Assembly: GCF_963921235.1 (NCBI RefSeq)
Contig: NC_086101.1
Span: 10,294,001-10,358,000, forward strand
DNA length: 64,000 nucleotides
Direction of reading: 5' to 3'
DNA from: Mobula hypostoma
Taxonomy: Eukaryota
Shown here: positions 39,646-52,506 of the stretch, in pieces
Position numbering within the stretch: the first letter of the stretch is position 1
How the letters are laid out: every line of letters begins with the position of its first letter
The notes under the pieces: generated by a model
What the model was told of the DNA's origin: nothing
The model's database searches: none
The model's input: the letters and a program-made list of their open reading frames with translations, nothing else
Translations under genes and position numbers: made by a program

Positions 39646-40530
39646 GAATGAAGATGAAGGCCGGATGATGGGGCACAACTCATCCCACCAGGAGAAGGGC
39701 AAAAGTCAGACATTTCCCGATGAAGAAAGTGAGGGATAGGAGTTGGTTCAGGAGTTCGGTGTACTTGGGTCAGTGAACCCTCCACCAACATTCTGATTGA
39801 ATCCGACAGGATCCAATCTCCGTGCGGCAGCAATAGCTCGAACCAATTCTGCAGCTCATTCTCTTTGAGAATTTCTCCCATTGGTGGTGGCACTGGTAAA
39901 CTTTCCCTGCACTGGGAGGGAATTACTGCATCACCGTCCACTCCCAGACAAGGTGATATTGGACTTGGTTAAGCCCAGGTATCCTGGCTCATCAGACAGC
40001 AAAGCCTCCTTTGCCAGTGATCTACAGCAGGATCTCCAACCTTCACCATCCATATTTTCAGGTAGTTGAGTAAATAAGTGAACAAATCCTGTCAGCACGT
40101 TTCCATCAGCAGGTCCAAACATTAACATGGATTTGGCTGAATTCTGCAGTGACAATCATTTACCATCAGTGGATGTCAGGGCTGAATTCTTTTTATGATC
40201 CACATTCTCAGCTTCAGCCGTCCGGCAGATGAGCTTTACCTGTGAGATGGACTGACGTGTAAATTTGGTCTGGAATTTCTGCTGAACTGCATGGATGGAT
40301 ATTGAATTGAATTGGAATTTGTTTATTACTGTAGAAGCACCAGAAATACAGATTAATTCATGACACAGTGCATTGATAGACCAAGGTAAAACAATAACAT
40401 GCAGAGAACAGTGTAACAGCTCCAGAGCAAGTGCAGTGTAGGTAAATGAGAAGGAGCAAGATCATATTGAGGTAGATTGTGAGATCAAGAGTGCATCTTA
40501 TTGTACTAGGAAATCATTCAATAGTCTTAT

Positions 40531-41488
40531 CTGTGCGCATGCGCCGGTCGTGCATGCAGCCTGTTACAGCCGTTCCAACCAGTATTCTTACTTTTTTCTT
40601 CTTACTTTTTTAACTTACATTATTTTTTGTATTTTTTTTCCTCGGTAACACGTTGAAGCTGCACCCTCTCTAACATGCTAGTAGAGAGAGCTTTATTTGG
40701 GTTTTTAGTGCTGGAAATAGTTTCATTCTGACGTGTCTCATTAGCGGGGCAGAAGCATGGTCGCATTGTTTATTCCAGGGACCAGCTGATTGAGCTTATG
40801 CCGGCCGGTTTAGCGAGCAGAGCGGCGGACACCCCTGCTGAAATCTGGAGGAAAACACACAGAGAATGCAGAGGGGGATCACAAAGTCGAGGAAAGAGGA
40901 CCGGGTCGAGACAACAGAGACTTATGGAGAAGAGGAGTTCGGTGGGTAATAAAATGGATGAGTTCACGGCGCTAACCAGGAGTCAGAGAACATTTTGGGA
41001 GTGTTTTACTGGAATGGGGCTACACGAGGACATACCCGATCAAAACTTTTCCATGGAGGGCTTCCAGACCGTTCGGGCTGACCGGAAGTGCACTGAGAGC
41101 GGTAAGCATAAAGGAGTTGGGTGCTTGCTGATCTGGTTAACAATGGGTAGTGCAATCCGGGTCATATTACGATCGAGGAACGTGTTTGTAGACCGGATAT
41201 TGAACTTTTTGCTGTTGGACTCCGGCCATATTCCACCGAGAAACAACACTGGGCATCACGGGAGATTGTTCCTGCCTGTGGCCATCGAACTTTGCAGCTC
41301 CTCCCGTGGAGGGTCAGACACCCTGAGCCAATAGGCCGGTCCTGGATTTATTTCCATCTGGCATAGTTTACATTTTGTTGTTTGACTGTTTGTGGTTTTT
41401 GTATTGCTATATTTTTGCTCTGTTCTTGGTTAGTGCAGCTGTAATGAAACCCAATTTCCCTCTGGATCAATAAAGTACATCTATCTAT
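40531..41488 (+). mobile_element. Internally deleted Rex1/Babar-type LINE nested in a minus-strand Rex1 tail
   Basis: ORF start (RIVYSRDQL...VGNKMDE...GFQTVRADR) is fused directly to a C-terminus (LFLPVAIEL), then AATAAA and a (tcta)n tail. Confidence 0.7.
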
Positions 41489-41924
41489 AAGAGCAGGGTA
41501 GAAGCTGTCCTTTAGACTGCTTCCAGGCTTTTGGATCTTCCACCCCATAATAATCATAATGTTGGTTGCATCCGGAATTTCTCCGGGTAGCGGACGACTT
41601 CCTCTCACGCTGTTCTGACGTAGTTGGAATTCGCATACTAGGCAAGTTACAGCAGTGGTTTGCCATTGCCTTCTGCCGGGTGAGTTTTTTGTTCAAAGAG
41701 ATCACCAGCTCTTAACCCCGCACGGATGAAAAGCGTGCTGGGGGGAGCCAACTGGGTTTGAACTTAAGAACCTCCGCCCCGCAGTCCAGCGCCGATGTCA
41801 CTACGCCATGGGAAATGGTGATGGTGGAGACTGACACTTTGGGGATCTCCGTTTGGGAAAGTTACTGACATGGTCCTTGATAATTAACATTTAACTTCTG
41901 ACCTACAAGTGGTGATGCAGAATT

Positions 41925-42280
41925 AGGAGCTGCTATTATGTATTTGTAGAAGAATGCTATGCATACCATATACCGACAGGATAACCAATGAAGAAGTTCT
42001 ACAGAGAACAAAAACAAAACGTACCTTACTTAAAAAAATCAGAAAACAGCAATCAAAATTCTTTGAACACATCATGCGAAGAGAGACATTGGAACATTTA
42101 GTTACAGCTGGAAGGAAAAAGAAGCAGAGGCAGACAGAGAATGAAAATGATAGATGGAATAACCTCATGGTTAGAAACAGGGGAGGCAACAACTACGATT
42201 CGGGGGGTCAGGGACCGTGATGGATGGAGAGACATGATTGCCCATGCCGAATGGCAAGGCACCTGAATGAATGAATGAAT
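41925..42280 (+). mobile_element. RTE-clade LINE 3' end
   Basis: RRMLCIPYTDRITNEEVLQR...FFEHIMRRETLEHLV, with a (tgaa)n tail. Confidence 0.85.
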
Positions 42281-42368
42281 TATGTATTTAAAGCTGTTTC
42301 TTGTGAAATTAATTGCACGCTAAATCCATGAGAGATTTCTTCAGTTGTGTCTGTCTTTCTGTTTTCAG

Positions 42369-42395
42369 AGTGGAAGAGGATATGTGGCCATGAAG
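42369..42395 (+). CDS. Butyrophilin-like gene, micro-exon 3 (pre-B30.2)
   Basis: ctttctgttttcAG ... GTaaga. 27 bp, phase 1-1. Encodes EWKRICGHE, resembling the W-R/K-R 27-bp exon that precedes B30.2 in butyrophilins. Confidence 0.82.
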
Positions 42396-43665
42396 GTAAG
42401 ATCTTGTGTTACTAGACTGAGAGGTTTAGTATAAACAGCTTTTTGAAAATGAATCAGTCCCGGTGTAATGGGAGGTATTCAGGAGGTTGAAGGAGTTCAG
42501 GGTGATGTGTTCTCACAAAGGTGGAAAAAGTCATGTGGCATGATTGCATTCATAGGTCGAAGCATAGAATATAACAGTTCGTATGTTTTGTTTGCAAGTG
42601 GGAAGATTTGCTGGTACTGCTCTGGGTTGGTGAGGGTGGGGTGGAGTGGTGTAAACTAGTCTTGCAGGGCGATGGGAACCAAAGTGCCAGAGCAGATATG
42701 GAGTGGTTGCGGGAAAAGATGCTGTTAACACTGCAAACAAAGACAGCAATTGAAAAGTTGAGTATGGTGGGAAGAATGTTCTGAGTTGCATCCATTTCAA
42801 TGCAAGAAGTATTGTATGTAAAGCGGGTGAGCTGAAAGCGTGGATCAGCACGTGAAATTATGACATTGTAGCCATTGGTTGGAGGAGGGGCAGGACCTGG
42901 CAGCTCAGTGTTCCCGGTTCCATTGTTTTAGACATGTTTTCAAACATGGGAGCAAAATTGTCAAATATGACGGAGCACAAGAGGTTAAAGGGGTATTACT
43001 CACCAGGGAAAAACGTTACTGCAGTGCTCAGTCAGGACAGACTGGAGGGCTTGTCTACTGAGGCTATATGGGTGCAACTGAGAAATCAGAAAGTTATGAT
43101 CACATTAATGGGATTATATTCTTATCCACCCTGAAGTCTGCAGCATTTAGAGGAGCAAATTCAGCTGAGTCTGCCATGGGGAGTGGGTAAGTTAACCTAA
43201 GGGACAGGAAATTTCAGTATTTCGGTGGATAATGACTTATTAGGGATAGTCTGCATAACTTTGTCTGTGATAGCTCATGTGTAATCAATCTTACAGTCTT
43301 TGCAGGAAGTTACCAGTAAGGTTGTTGAAGGGAAGACAGTGGATGTTGTCGACATGGACTTTAACAAGGCCTTTGACAAGATGCCGCTTGGGAGTTTATT
43401 CAGGAAGGTTCAGTCGCTTGCCATTGAGGATGAGGTAGCAAATTGGATTTGATATTTGCTTCACAGGAGAAGCCAGTGAGAGGTAGTAAATGATTGCCTC
43501 TCCGACTGCTGCCCTGTGACTAGTGGAGTGCTGCTGGGATCGGTGGAAGGTCCATTATTGTTTTTCTTCTGTATCACTGATCTGGATGATAATGTGGTAA
43601 ACTGCAACAGCGAATTTTCAGATGACACCAAGATTGTGGGTCTGATGGACAGGGAGGAAGGCTAT

Positions 43666-45110
43666 AGAACATAGAACAGTACAGCACAGTACAGGCCCTT
43701 CGGCCCACAATGTTGTGCCGACCCTCAAACCCTGCCTCCCATATAAGCCCCCACCTTAGATTCCTCCATATACCTGTCTAGTAGTCTCTTAAACTTCACT
43801 AGTGTATCTGCCTCCACCACTGACTCAGGCAGTGCATTCCACGCACCAACCACTCTCTGAGTAAAAAACCTTCCTCTAATATCCCCCTTGAACTTCCCAC
43901 CCCTTACCTTAAAGCCATGTCCTCTTGTATTGAGCAGTGGTGCCCTGGGGAAGAGGCACTGGCTGTCCACTCTATCTATTCCTCTTATTGTACACCTCTA
44001 TCATGTCTCCTCTCATCCTCCTTCTCTCCAAAGAGTAAAGCCCTAGCTCCCTTAATCTCTGATCATAATGCATACTTTCTAAACCAGGCAGCATCCTGGT
44101 AAATCTCCTCTGTAGCCTTTCCAATGCTTCCACATCCTTCCTATAGTGAGGTGACCAGAACTGGACACAATACTCCAAGTGTGGCCTAACCAGAGTTTTA
44201 TAGAGCTGCATCATTACATCGCGACTTAAACTCTATCCCTCGACTTATGAAAGCTAACACCCCATAAGCTTTCTTAACTACCCTATCCATCTGTGAGGCA
44301 ACTTTCAGGGATCTGTGGACATGTACCCCGAGATCCCTCTGCTCCTCCACACTACCAAGTACCCTGCCATTTACTTTGTACTCTGCCTTGGAGTTTGTCC
44401 TTCCAAAGTGTACCACCTCACACTTCTCCGGGTTGAACTCCATCTACAACTTCTCAGCCCACTTCTGCATCCTATCAATGTCTCTCTGCAATCTTTGACA
44501 ATCCTCTACACTATCTACAACACCACCAACCTTTGTGTCGTCTGCAAACTTGCCAACCCACCCTTCTACCCATACATCCAGGTCGTTAATAAAAATCACG
44601 AAAAGTAGAGGTCCCAGAACAGGTCCTTGTGGGACACCACTAGTCACAATCCTCCAATCTGAATGTACTCCCTCCACCACCACCCTCTGCCTTCTGCAGG
44701 CAAGCCAATTATGAATCCACCTGGCCAAACTTCCCTGGATCCCATGCCTTCTAACTTTCTGAATAAGCCTACCGTGTGGAACCTTATCAAATGCCTTACT
44801 AAAATCCATATAGATCACATCCACTGCACTACCCTCATCTATATGACTGGTCAACTCCTCAAAGAACTCTATCAGGCTTGTTAGACACGATCTGCCCTTC
44901 ACAAAGCCATGCTGACTGTCCCTGATCAGACCATGATTCTCTAAATGCCTATAGATCCTATCTCTAAGAATCTTTTCCAACAGCTTTCCCACCACAGACG
45001 TAAGGCTCACTGGTCTATAATTACCCAGACTATCCCTACTACCTTTTCTGAACAAGGGAACAACATTCGCCTCCCTCCAATCCTCCGGTACCATTCCCGT
45101 GGATAACGGG
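43666..45110 (-). mobile_element. CR1 LINE, subfamily A, 5'-truncated, nested in an older + strand CR1 (about 43240-45670)
   Basis: ORFs 44444-45094, 44198-44443 and 43972-44214 are nearly identical to the 8229-10962 copy and share its tail. Confidence 0.93.
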
Positions 45111-45669
45111 AAAGCTTTCAGCAGGATGGACCAACTGGAACCATGGGCTGAAAAATGACAGATGAAATTTCATGCAGAGAAGTGTGAGGTGTTGCACTTT
45201 GGAAGGACAAACCAGGGTAGGAATTGCAGGGTGAGAGGTAGGGCACTGAGGAACAGAGGGATCGAGGAATACAGACCCTTAATTCCTTGAAAGTTGTGTC
45301 ATAGGTTGTAAAGTGTTTTGGCACATTGGCCTTCATAAATCATAAATTGAGTTCAGGAGTTGCAATGTAATGTTGAAAACATTGGTGAGGCCAAGTCTGG
45401 AGTATTATCTGCAGTTCTGGTCACTCACCTACAGGAAAGATCAATATGATTGAAAACGAGTACAGAGAAAACTTGCACGGCTGTTGACAGGGCTTGAGGA
45501 CTTACCTGAGTTATTGGGCAGGGTTAAATATGTTCGAACTTTATTCCACTGAGTGTAGAAGAATGAGGGGAAATTTGACAGAATTGTACACAACTATGAA
45601 GGGTATAGATAGGGTAAATGCACGCAGACATTTTCACTGAGATTGAGTGAGACTAGAACTGGAGAGCAT

Positions 45670-48600
45670 AAGACGATAACTATCTTCCATAATTATCTTG
45701 ACTCTCATGGAATTATGATCACTTGATCAAAAGTGTTCCCCTCGACACACTTCTGTCGCCTGCCTTGTCTCTTTCCCAATCACACACTCTTCAGTTGCAA
45801 CCTCTATATATTGATGTAGGAACGTTTCCTGAACACGGTTGACAAACTCAGTCACATCCAGTCCTCTTACAGATGGGAAATCCCAGACAATATAAGGAAG
45901 TATAAAATCACTTACAATCAATTGCACTGGGCAATGAACGAGGACAGGTGACAGATCACTCAGTGGGTGGGCTTTTTGGAGACAGTGACCACAACTCCCG
46001 CACTTTTCCCATAGCCTTGGACAGGGATTTGAGCAGCCAATATAACTGGAGGATGGTGAGTTATGACGCTATTAGGTGGGAACTTGGGATTGTCAATTGG
46101 GAGTGGTGGTACATAGGGAAATGCACAATGTAGAGATGGTGTTCATTTAGGGAGCACTTGCATGGGTTCATGTACAGGTTTGTCCCATGGAGACAGTGAA
46201 ATGGTGGGAGGGTGAAGAAACCATGGTTGACAAGACATGCAGAACATCAGGTCAAGAGGAAGCAGGAAGTTTACTTCTAGTTTTGGGAAGCAAAGATCAG
46301 ACAGGGCTCCAGAGAGTTACAAGGTAGCCAGGAAGTAGCTGAAAACTGGATTGGAGAGAGTTAGAAGATACAAGAGGGCCTTGGTGAGTAGGATTAAAGA
46401 AAACCCCCAAGGCATTGTACACATACGTGAAGAACAGGAGGATAACTAAACTGAGGTAGGACTGATCAGGGACAGAAGTGGAAACATGCCTAGAGTCAGA
46501 GGAGGTTGGAAGGGTCTTTAATGAAGACTTTGCTTTAGTATTCACTACTGAGAGAGAGACAATGATTTTTCTGAGAACAGCACAAAACAGGCTGATATGC
46601 TAGAACATTGACATTCAGAAAGAGGATGCGCTGGTTGTTTAGTAAAGTATTAGGATGGATAAGACCACAGTCTATACCACAGGTTACTATGGGAAGTGAG
46701 GGAAGAGATTTCTGTGCCATTGGTGGTTACCTTTGTCTCCTCATTTGTCACAGTAGTGGTGCCATATGCCTGGAGGGTGGCATATTAAACTAATTTGACA
46801 GGGGAATGGGAACCGGAGAGATCGTGCTGAGGATGAGGTAGTTGGTTTACAAACAGAGGCAGTGTGCAGTGAGACTCCTGACAAGGAGAGGCTGATGATA
46901 GGGGAAAATGGCAGTTAACAGGATGAGTTGTAATGTTAAAAAGTGGGCACAATCTGAAAGGTTGAATACAGGACTCAAGGTGTTATATTTGAACGTGCGC
47001 AGTATACAGAATAAGGTAGATGAACTTGTCGCACAGTTACAGATTGGCAAGTATCATGCTGTAGGCTTCACTGATCGTGGCTGAAAGAAGATTATAGCTG
47101 TGACCATAATGTCCAAGGATGCACATTGAATCAAAAGGACAGGCAGGAAGGCAGAGGGGGCTGCGTGGCTCCGTTGGTTAAAAAAAAAAAATGAAATCAA
47201 ATCAATAGAAGGAGGGGACATCAGATCGGAAGGTGTTGAATAATTGTGGACAGAGCTTTGGAACGGCAAGGGTAAAAAGACCCTGATGGGAGTTGTATAC
47301 AAACACCAAACAGTAGTTTGTGGTCTGCAAGCTACAACACGAGATAGAAGGTGCATGCCGAAAGGGCAACGATACAAGGGGGGATTTCAATATGCCGGTA
47401 GATTGGGAAAATCAGGTTGGTGTGAGATTCCAAGAGAGAGAATTTCTACAATGTCTCAGAGAAGGCTTTTTAGAGCAGCTTGTGGTTGAGTCCACCAGGG
47501 GATCTGCTATTCTCGAATGGGTGATATGACCTGGAATTGATTAGAAAGCTTAAGGTAGAAGAACCCTTAGGGGAAAGTGATCATAATATGATCGAATTCA
47601 CACTGGAGATTTGAGAAGGAGAAGCAGAAGTCAGATGTATCAGTATTACAGTGGAGTAAAGGGAATTACAGAGGCATGAGAAAGGAGTTGGCCAGAACTC
47701 ATTGGAAAAGAACACTAGCAGAGATGACGGGCAGAGCTAGTGATATAATACGAAGGATGATTATCTTTGGCTGGGATATGGTACGAAGGATGTTTATCTT
47801 TGGAATTCTCTGCACCGGAGGGCTGTGGGGTCTCAGTCGTTCAGCTCATTTAAAATCACAGAGTTATCATCATGTAGCACAAAAACAGGCCCTTCGATCT
47901 ATCACTTCAGTGCTGACCTATTTACCCATCTACACTCACCCCATTGGCCAGCATTAGGTCAATCTTCTGTGCCTTCTCTATTGAAGTGTCTGTCTGAGTG
48001 TCTCTTAAACACAGTGATTGTATCTGATTCCATCACCTCCTCTTGGCAGCAAGTTCCAACATCAACCACTCACTGTTCAAATAAACGCATCTTCAGACTC
48101 GTTCCTGTCACCTCAGACATGTGACCTCTTGCATTTGACCCTCTCCTGTGGGAAGAAGACTTCAACCATCTGCTCAATTTACACCCCTCATAACCTTATA
48201 TATTTCTGTCAGATCACCCCTTGGCCCATTTACCTGCATTTGGCCTGTATCCTTCTAAACCTTCCCTGTCATCATTCTGCTCTCTGTCCTTTTCTCAACT
48301 CCTCCTCTATGCCAGTTTCACAGGGCCCTCAATTCTCCTGTGTGACAGAAGATGATCGGCCTCATTTTCTACCACATTACAGAAGTGAATGTGCTGCAGG
48401 TTCTAAAATGCATAAAGGTAGATAAATCCCCAGGGGGAATTGGAAGGTTGCAGATGTTGCTCCCTTATTCAGGAAAGGGAGTAGAGATAGCCCAGGATTT
48501 ATGAACATTTGGAGAGGCATAATATGATTAGGAATAGTCAGCATGGCTTTGACAAAGACAGGTCATGCCTTATGAACCTGACTGAACTTTTTGAGGATGT

Positions 48601-50150
48601 GTCTAAACACATTGATGAAGGTAAAGCAGTAGATGCAGTGGAAACGGATTTTAGCAAGGCATTTGATAAGGTACCCTACCTATGCAAGGCTTATTGAGAA
48701 AGTAAGGAGTCATGGGATCCAAGGTGGTTCATTTTGGTTGGTCAAATATGATGGCAGAATATTACATTAATGGTAAGACTCTTGGTAGTGTGGAGGATCA
48801 GAGGGACCTGGGATCCGAGTCCATTGGATGCTCGAAGTTGCTACGCAGGTTGACTCTGCGGTTAATCAGGCATACAGTCCATCGGCCTTCATCAACCGTG
48901 GGATTGAAATTAGGAGCCGGGAGGTAATGTTGCAGCTAAATAGGACCCTGATCAGACCCCACTTGGAGTACTCTGCTCAATTCTGATCGCCTTACTACAG
49001 GAAGGACGTGGAAACCATAGAAAGGGTGCAGAGGAGATTTGCAAGGATGTTGCCTGGATTGGGAAGCATGCCTTATGAAAACAGGATGAGTGAACTCGAC
49101 CTTTTCTCCTTGGAGCAACGGAGCATGAGAAGTGACCTAATAGAGGATGAGAGGCATTGATCATGTGGATCATGTGAATAGTCGGGGGGGGGGGTGTTAC
49201 TGCCCTCTACTGTGCCTATTCTCTTGTTTATTATTTATTGTAATGCCTGCACTATTTTGTGCACTTTATGCAGTCCTGGGTGGGTCTGCAGATTAGTGTA
49301 GTTTTTGTGTTGTTTTACGTACTAAAGTGTAGTTTTTGTTTCATGTAGAATCATGGTCCTGAAAAACGTTGTCTCATTTTTACTGTGTACTGTACCAGCA
49401 GTTATGGTCAAATTGACAATAAAAAGTGACTTGACTTGACTTTTTGCCAGGGCTGAAATGGCTAGCACAAGAGGGCACAGTTTTAAGGTGCTGGAAGTAG
49501 GTACAGAGGAGATGTCAGTGATAAGTGTTTTGTGCGTGGAATGGGCTGCCAGCGGCGGTGGTGGAGGCAGAAATGATGGGGTCTTTTGAGAGACTCCTGG
49601 ATGGGTACATGGAGCTTAGAAAAATAGAGGGCTATGGGTAAGACTAGGTAATTTCTAAGATCAGGACATGTTCGGCACAGCTTTGTGGGCCGCAGGGCCT
49701 GTATTGTGCTGTAGGTTTTCTATGTTCTATCTTCATCAGCTGGGCCGCTGGGCCAGTGGGCCATTGAATGGCAGATGGATTTTAATTCAGAGAGATGTGG
49801 GTTTTGGGAAGGCAAACCAAGACAGGATTTACACAGGAATCAGTGGGTCCCTGGAGAGTGTTGTAGAACAGAGAGACCAGGGGGTGATTGTCTTCATCAG
49901 TCGGAATACTGAGTGCTGGAAATGGGACATCGTATTATGTGTGTACGAGACATTGGGAAGGCCACATTTGGAACAATGTGTACAGTTCTGGTTACCTTCC
50001 AAAAGGAAGGCTGTCATTAAACTGAGAGGGAATAAAACAGATTTACAGGGACATTACCAGGACTGGAGGGTTTGGTTTACAAGGAGAAGCTGGGACTTTC
50101 CCTGGAGCTGAGGAGGCTGCCAGAGGAAGTTTAAAGGAATAATGGATACA
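45670..50150. mobile_element. Mosaic of degraded CR1 fragments plus a Rex1-type tail (about 49185-49440)
   Basis: Scattered motifs GDSDHN, GDFN, QHGF, DFSKAFDKVP and LEQCVQFW. Confidence 0.75.
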
Positions 50151-50369
50151 CACAGGCAAGTGGGACAAGCTCATTGAAGCAAGTTGGCCAGGATGACTGA
50201 ATTCCGCCGAACAGCCTCCCTGACCACCTCTTTAAATGCCTCCAGTTTTCATGCTCCCCGTCCTCATCTGGATCCAGTTGTTGCTCCACCCCTTCCTCAC
50301 ATCCGTTTCCACTGGCTAGCTCCTCTGTCTTTCCATTCTTATTGCGGGCTTTCAGCCTCAAACATCGAC

Positions 50370-51702
50370 TGTCATGGTCCGATCCGTGATGTCCACGTTC
50401 CGGTTCATGGTCCGCTCCGTGGACTCTGGACTCCGGGTCTTCCGGCTGTCCCTTGTTTCAGTTGGGCTTAATCATAGGCACCTGATGCTCATCTTCGGGC
50501 TGGGAATTTAAGTGGCCCTCGGTTTGAGTGTGGTTGCTGGTTCATCTCATCATTACCCCGTCCTTGCCTCTGTGGAGTAAGTCAGGCCGTCTTTGCCATT
50601 ACCCTGCTGTTGGAATTGTCCCTTCCTGTCCTTCCCTCCATTGGGTAAGCCAGGCCGTCTTTGCCGTTACCCTGAGGCTGGACTGTTTCCTTCCCTTCCC
50701 CTTCCTTCTGAAGCCTGTAACCTGTGTCTGGAGCCCTGCCTGCAATCTGCATCTGGAGCCTTGTCCTGCAACCCTGTGTCTGGAGCCTTGCCTGCAACCT
50801 TATCATGTTCAACCACCAGAGCGAAACCGGAGCCTTGCTCTGTCAAGATAAGGAACTATCTATCGTTGAGTTGGAACTGTCTCTGTGTCCACGGCTTCGC
50901 TAGGTAGGTCCGGCCATTTGCCGCTACCTAGTGTTGAGAACCTTCTTGTCATGTTCAGCTTTCTGTCTAGATCCCCGGTCCCAAGTCCTGTTCGCAAGGA
51001 GGGGTCCTGGCTCTGTGTTCCTGTCGTCCCAAGTCCAAGGCTCGACTGTTCCTGAGTACCAAGTCAAGGCTTCGTGTTCTCGTCCTGTCCATGTGCCTCG
51101 TCCTGTCCATGTGCTTTGTCCTGTGCTGGAGTTCCCTTGCCCTGTACTGGAATTCCCTCATCTTGCCCAGGAGCCTCTCGTTTTGTCCTGTAGCCTCGCC
51201 TAGTCCTGTCTCCCAAGACCACGTCATGTCTTCGCCTAGTTCCGGAGTCTGAGCCCGAGTCAAGGCCCAGGTTCTGGGTCCTTGTCCAGTCTCTGGCTCA
51301 GAGTGTGAAACCAAGCCTCATCATGTCCTCGACTCGAAGAACCCAAGCCTCGTCATGTCCTCGCCTTGAGGAACCTAACCCACGAGGAACCCAAGCCATG
51401 TGCAGTCCTGTAGCCATGTCATGTCCTTGCCTAGATCCGGGGTCCGAGCCCGAGTCAAGACCCATGTTCTGGGTCCTTGTCCAGTCTCTGGCTCGGAGTC
51501 CAAGCCCAAGCTCCTAGTTCCCAGTTCCTTGTCCTGGTCCTGCTTGCCTAGCCAATGTCGTAGCCCAAGTTTGTGTTTTTGTCCCAACTCCTAGTCTGCA
51601 TCCAGTCATGTCCCTATCTCTAGTCTCTAGTCCTGTCCTGTTCCTAGTACTTCAGTGCCTGTGTCTTGCATTTCGGTCCACTTTCAGCGCCCCCTTATGA
51701 CA
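50370..51702. mobile_element. Probable solo LTR
   Basis: Inverted termini TGTCAT...ATGACA and a perfect TCGAC duplication (50365-50369, 51703-51707). Internal direct repeats (about 51220-51305 and 51415-51500). No coding capacity recognised. Confidence 0.8.
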
Positions 51703-51970
51703 TCGACTGTCTATCTCCCTCCACACATGCTGCTTGACCTGCTGAGATCCTTCAGAATTTTGGTGTGTTGATGGGGAAAACTCGGCTCTCCATCCCGGTG
51801 GAAAAACTTTGAAAAAGATGCTGGTTGTCCATCCGCTGTCGTTTTGAAAGACCCCGGGAAAGTTTTTAGTTGGCTACCCGACTGTGCCTGAGGCCCTGGT
51901 CCTAGGGCCGTGCTGCCCGAGTCTCCCCCCGATCCCCGGGGACTCTCTAATTCTCTGCTTCTCCCCCCAG

Positions 51971-52503
51971 TCTCTGTCACCCTGGATGTGGAAACAGCGA
52001 ATCCGTGGCTTGAGGTGTCTGAGGATCGGAAGAGTGTGAGACGGACCGGGACCCGGAGGAGTTTCCCTGACACCGGGAAGAGGTTCACATACTGGGAATG
52101 TGTGCTGGGGTCAGAGGGATTCACATCGGGGAGACATTACTGGGAGGTGGAGGTGACGGGGAATCGGTTGTGGAATTTGGGAGTCGCCGCAGAGTCTGTC
52201 GACAGGAAGGGAGCGGTCAGAGCGAGTCCGGAGACCAGATTCTGGATCATCGGGCGGATTGATATCGTGATGAAGGTTTTCACCTCCCCTCGATCCCGTC
52301 TCCCTGCCGGTTCCATCCCCGGGAGGGTGGGAGTTTATCTCAGTTATGAGTCCGGGACAGTTTCATTTTACAACGCGGAGACCAAGTCCCCTCTCCACAC
52401 CTTCACTGGGAATAAATTCACGGAGAAACTTTATCCTTTTTTCTGGATTGGGAATGAAAACGAGTCGCTGAGAATCTGCTCCGGTTCCGCTCCAGGTCTG
52501 TAA
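51971..52503 (+). CDS. Butyrophilin-like gene, terminal B30.2 (PRY/SPRY) exon
   Basis: Acceptor ctgcttctccccccAG, phase 1. Uninterrupted VSVTLDVETANPWLEVSEDRKSV...RFTYWECVLGSEGFTSGRHYWEVEV...VGVYLSYESGTVSFYN...KLYPFF...GL*. Confidence 0.93.
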
Positions 52504-52506
52504 ATG

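Noticed and set aside
39585..40260. Non-repeat-looking stretch with short ORFs on both strands
   Set aside because: I translated several frames and found no recognisable domain, frequent stops and no convincing splice pair.
50700..51600. Repeated short units resembling a CRISPR or satellite array
   Set aside because: Irregular internal repeats of an LTR in eukaryotic DNA, with no repeat-spacer periodicity.
51910..51970. GTG-initiated single-exon B30.2 gene
   Set aside because: This segment is a polypyrimidine splice acceptor, and its phase matches the upstream micro-exons.
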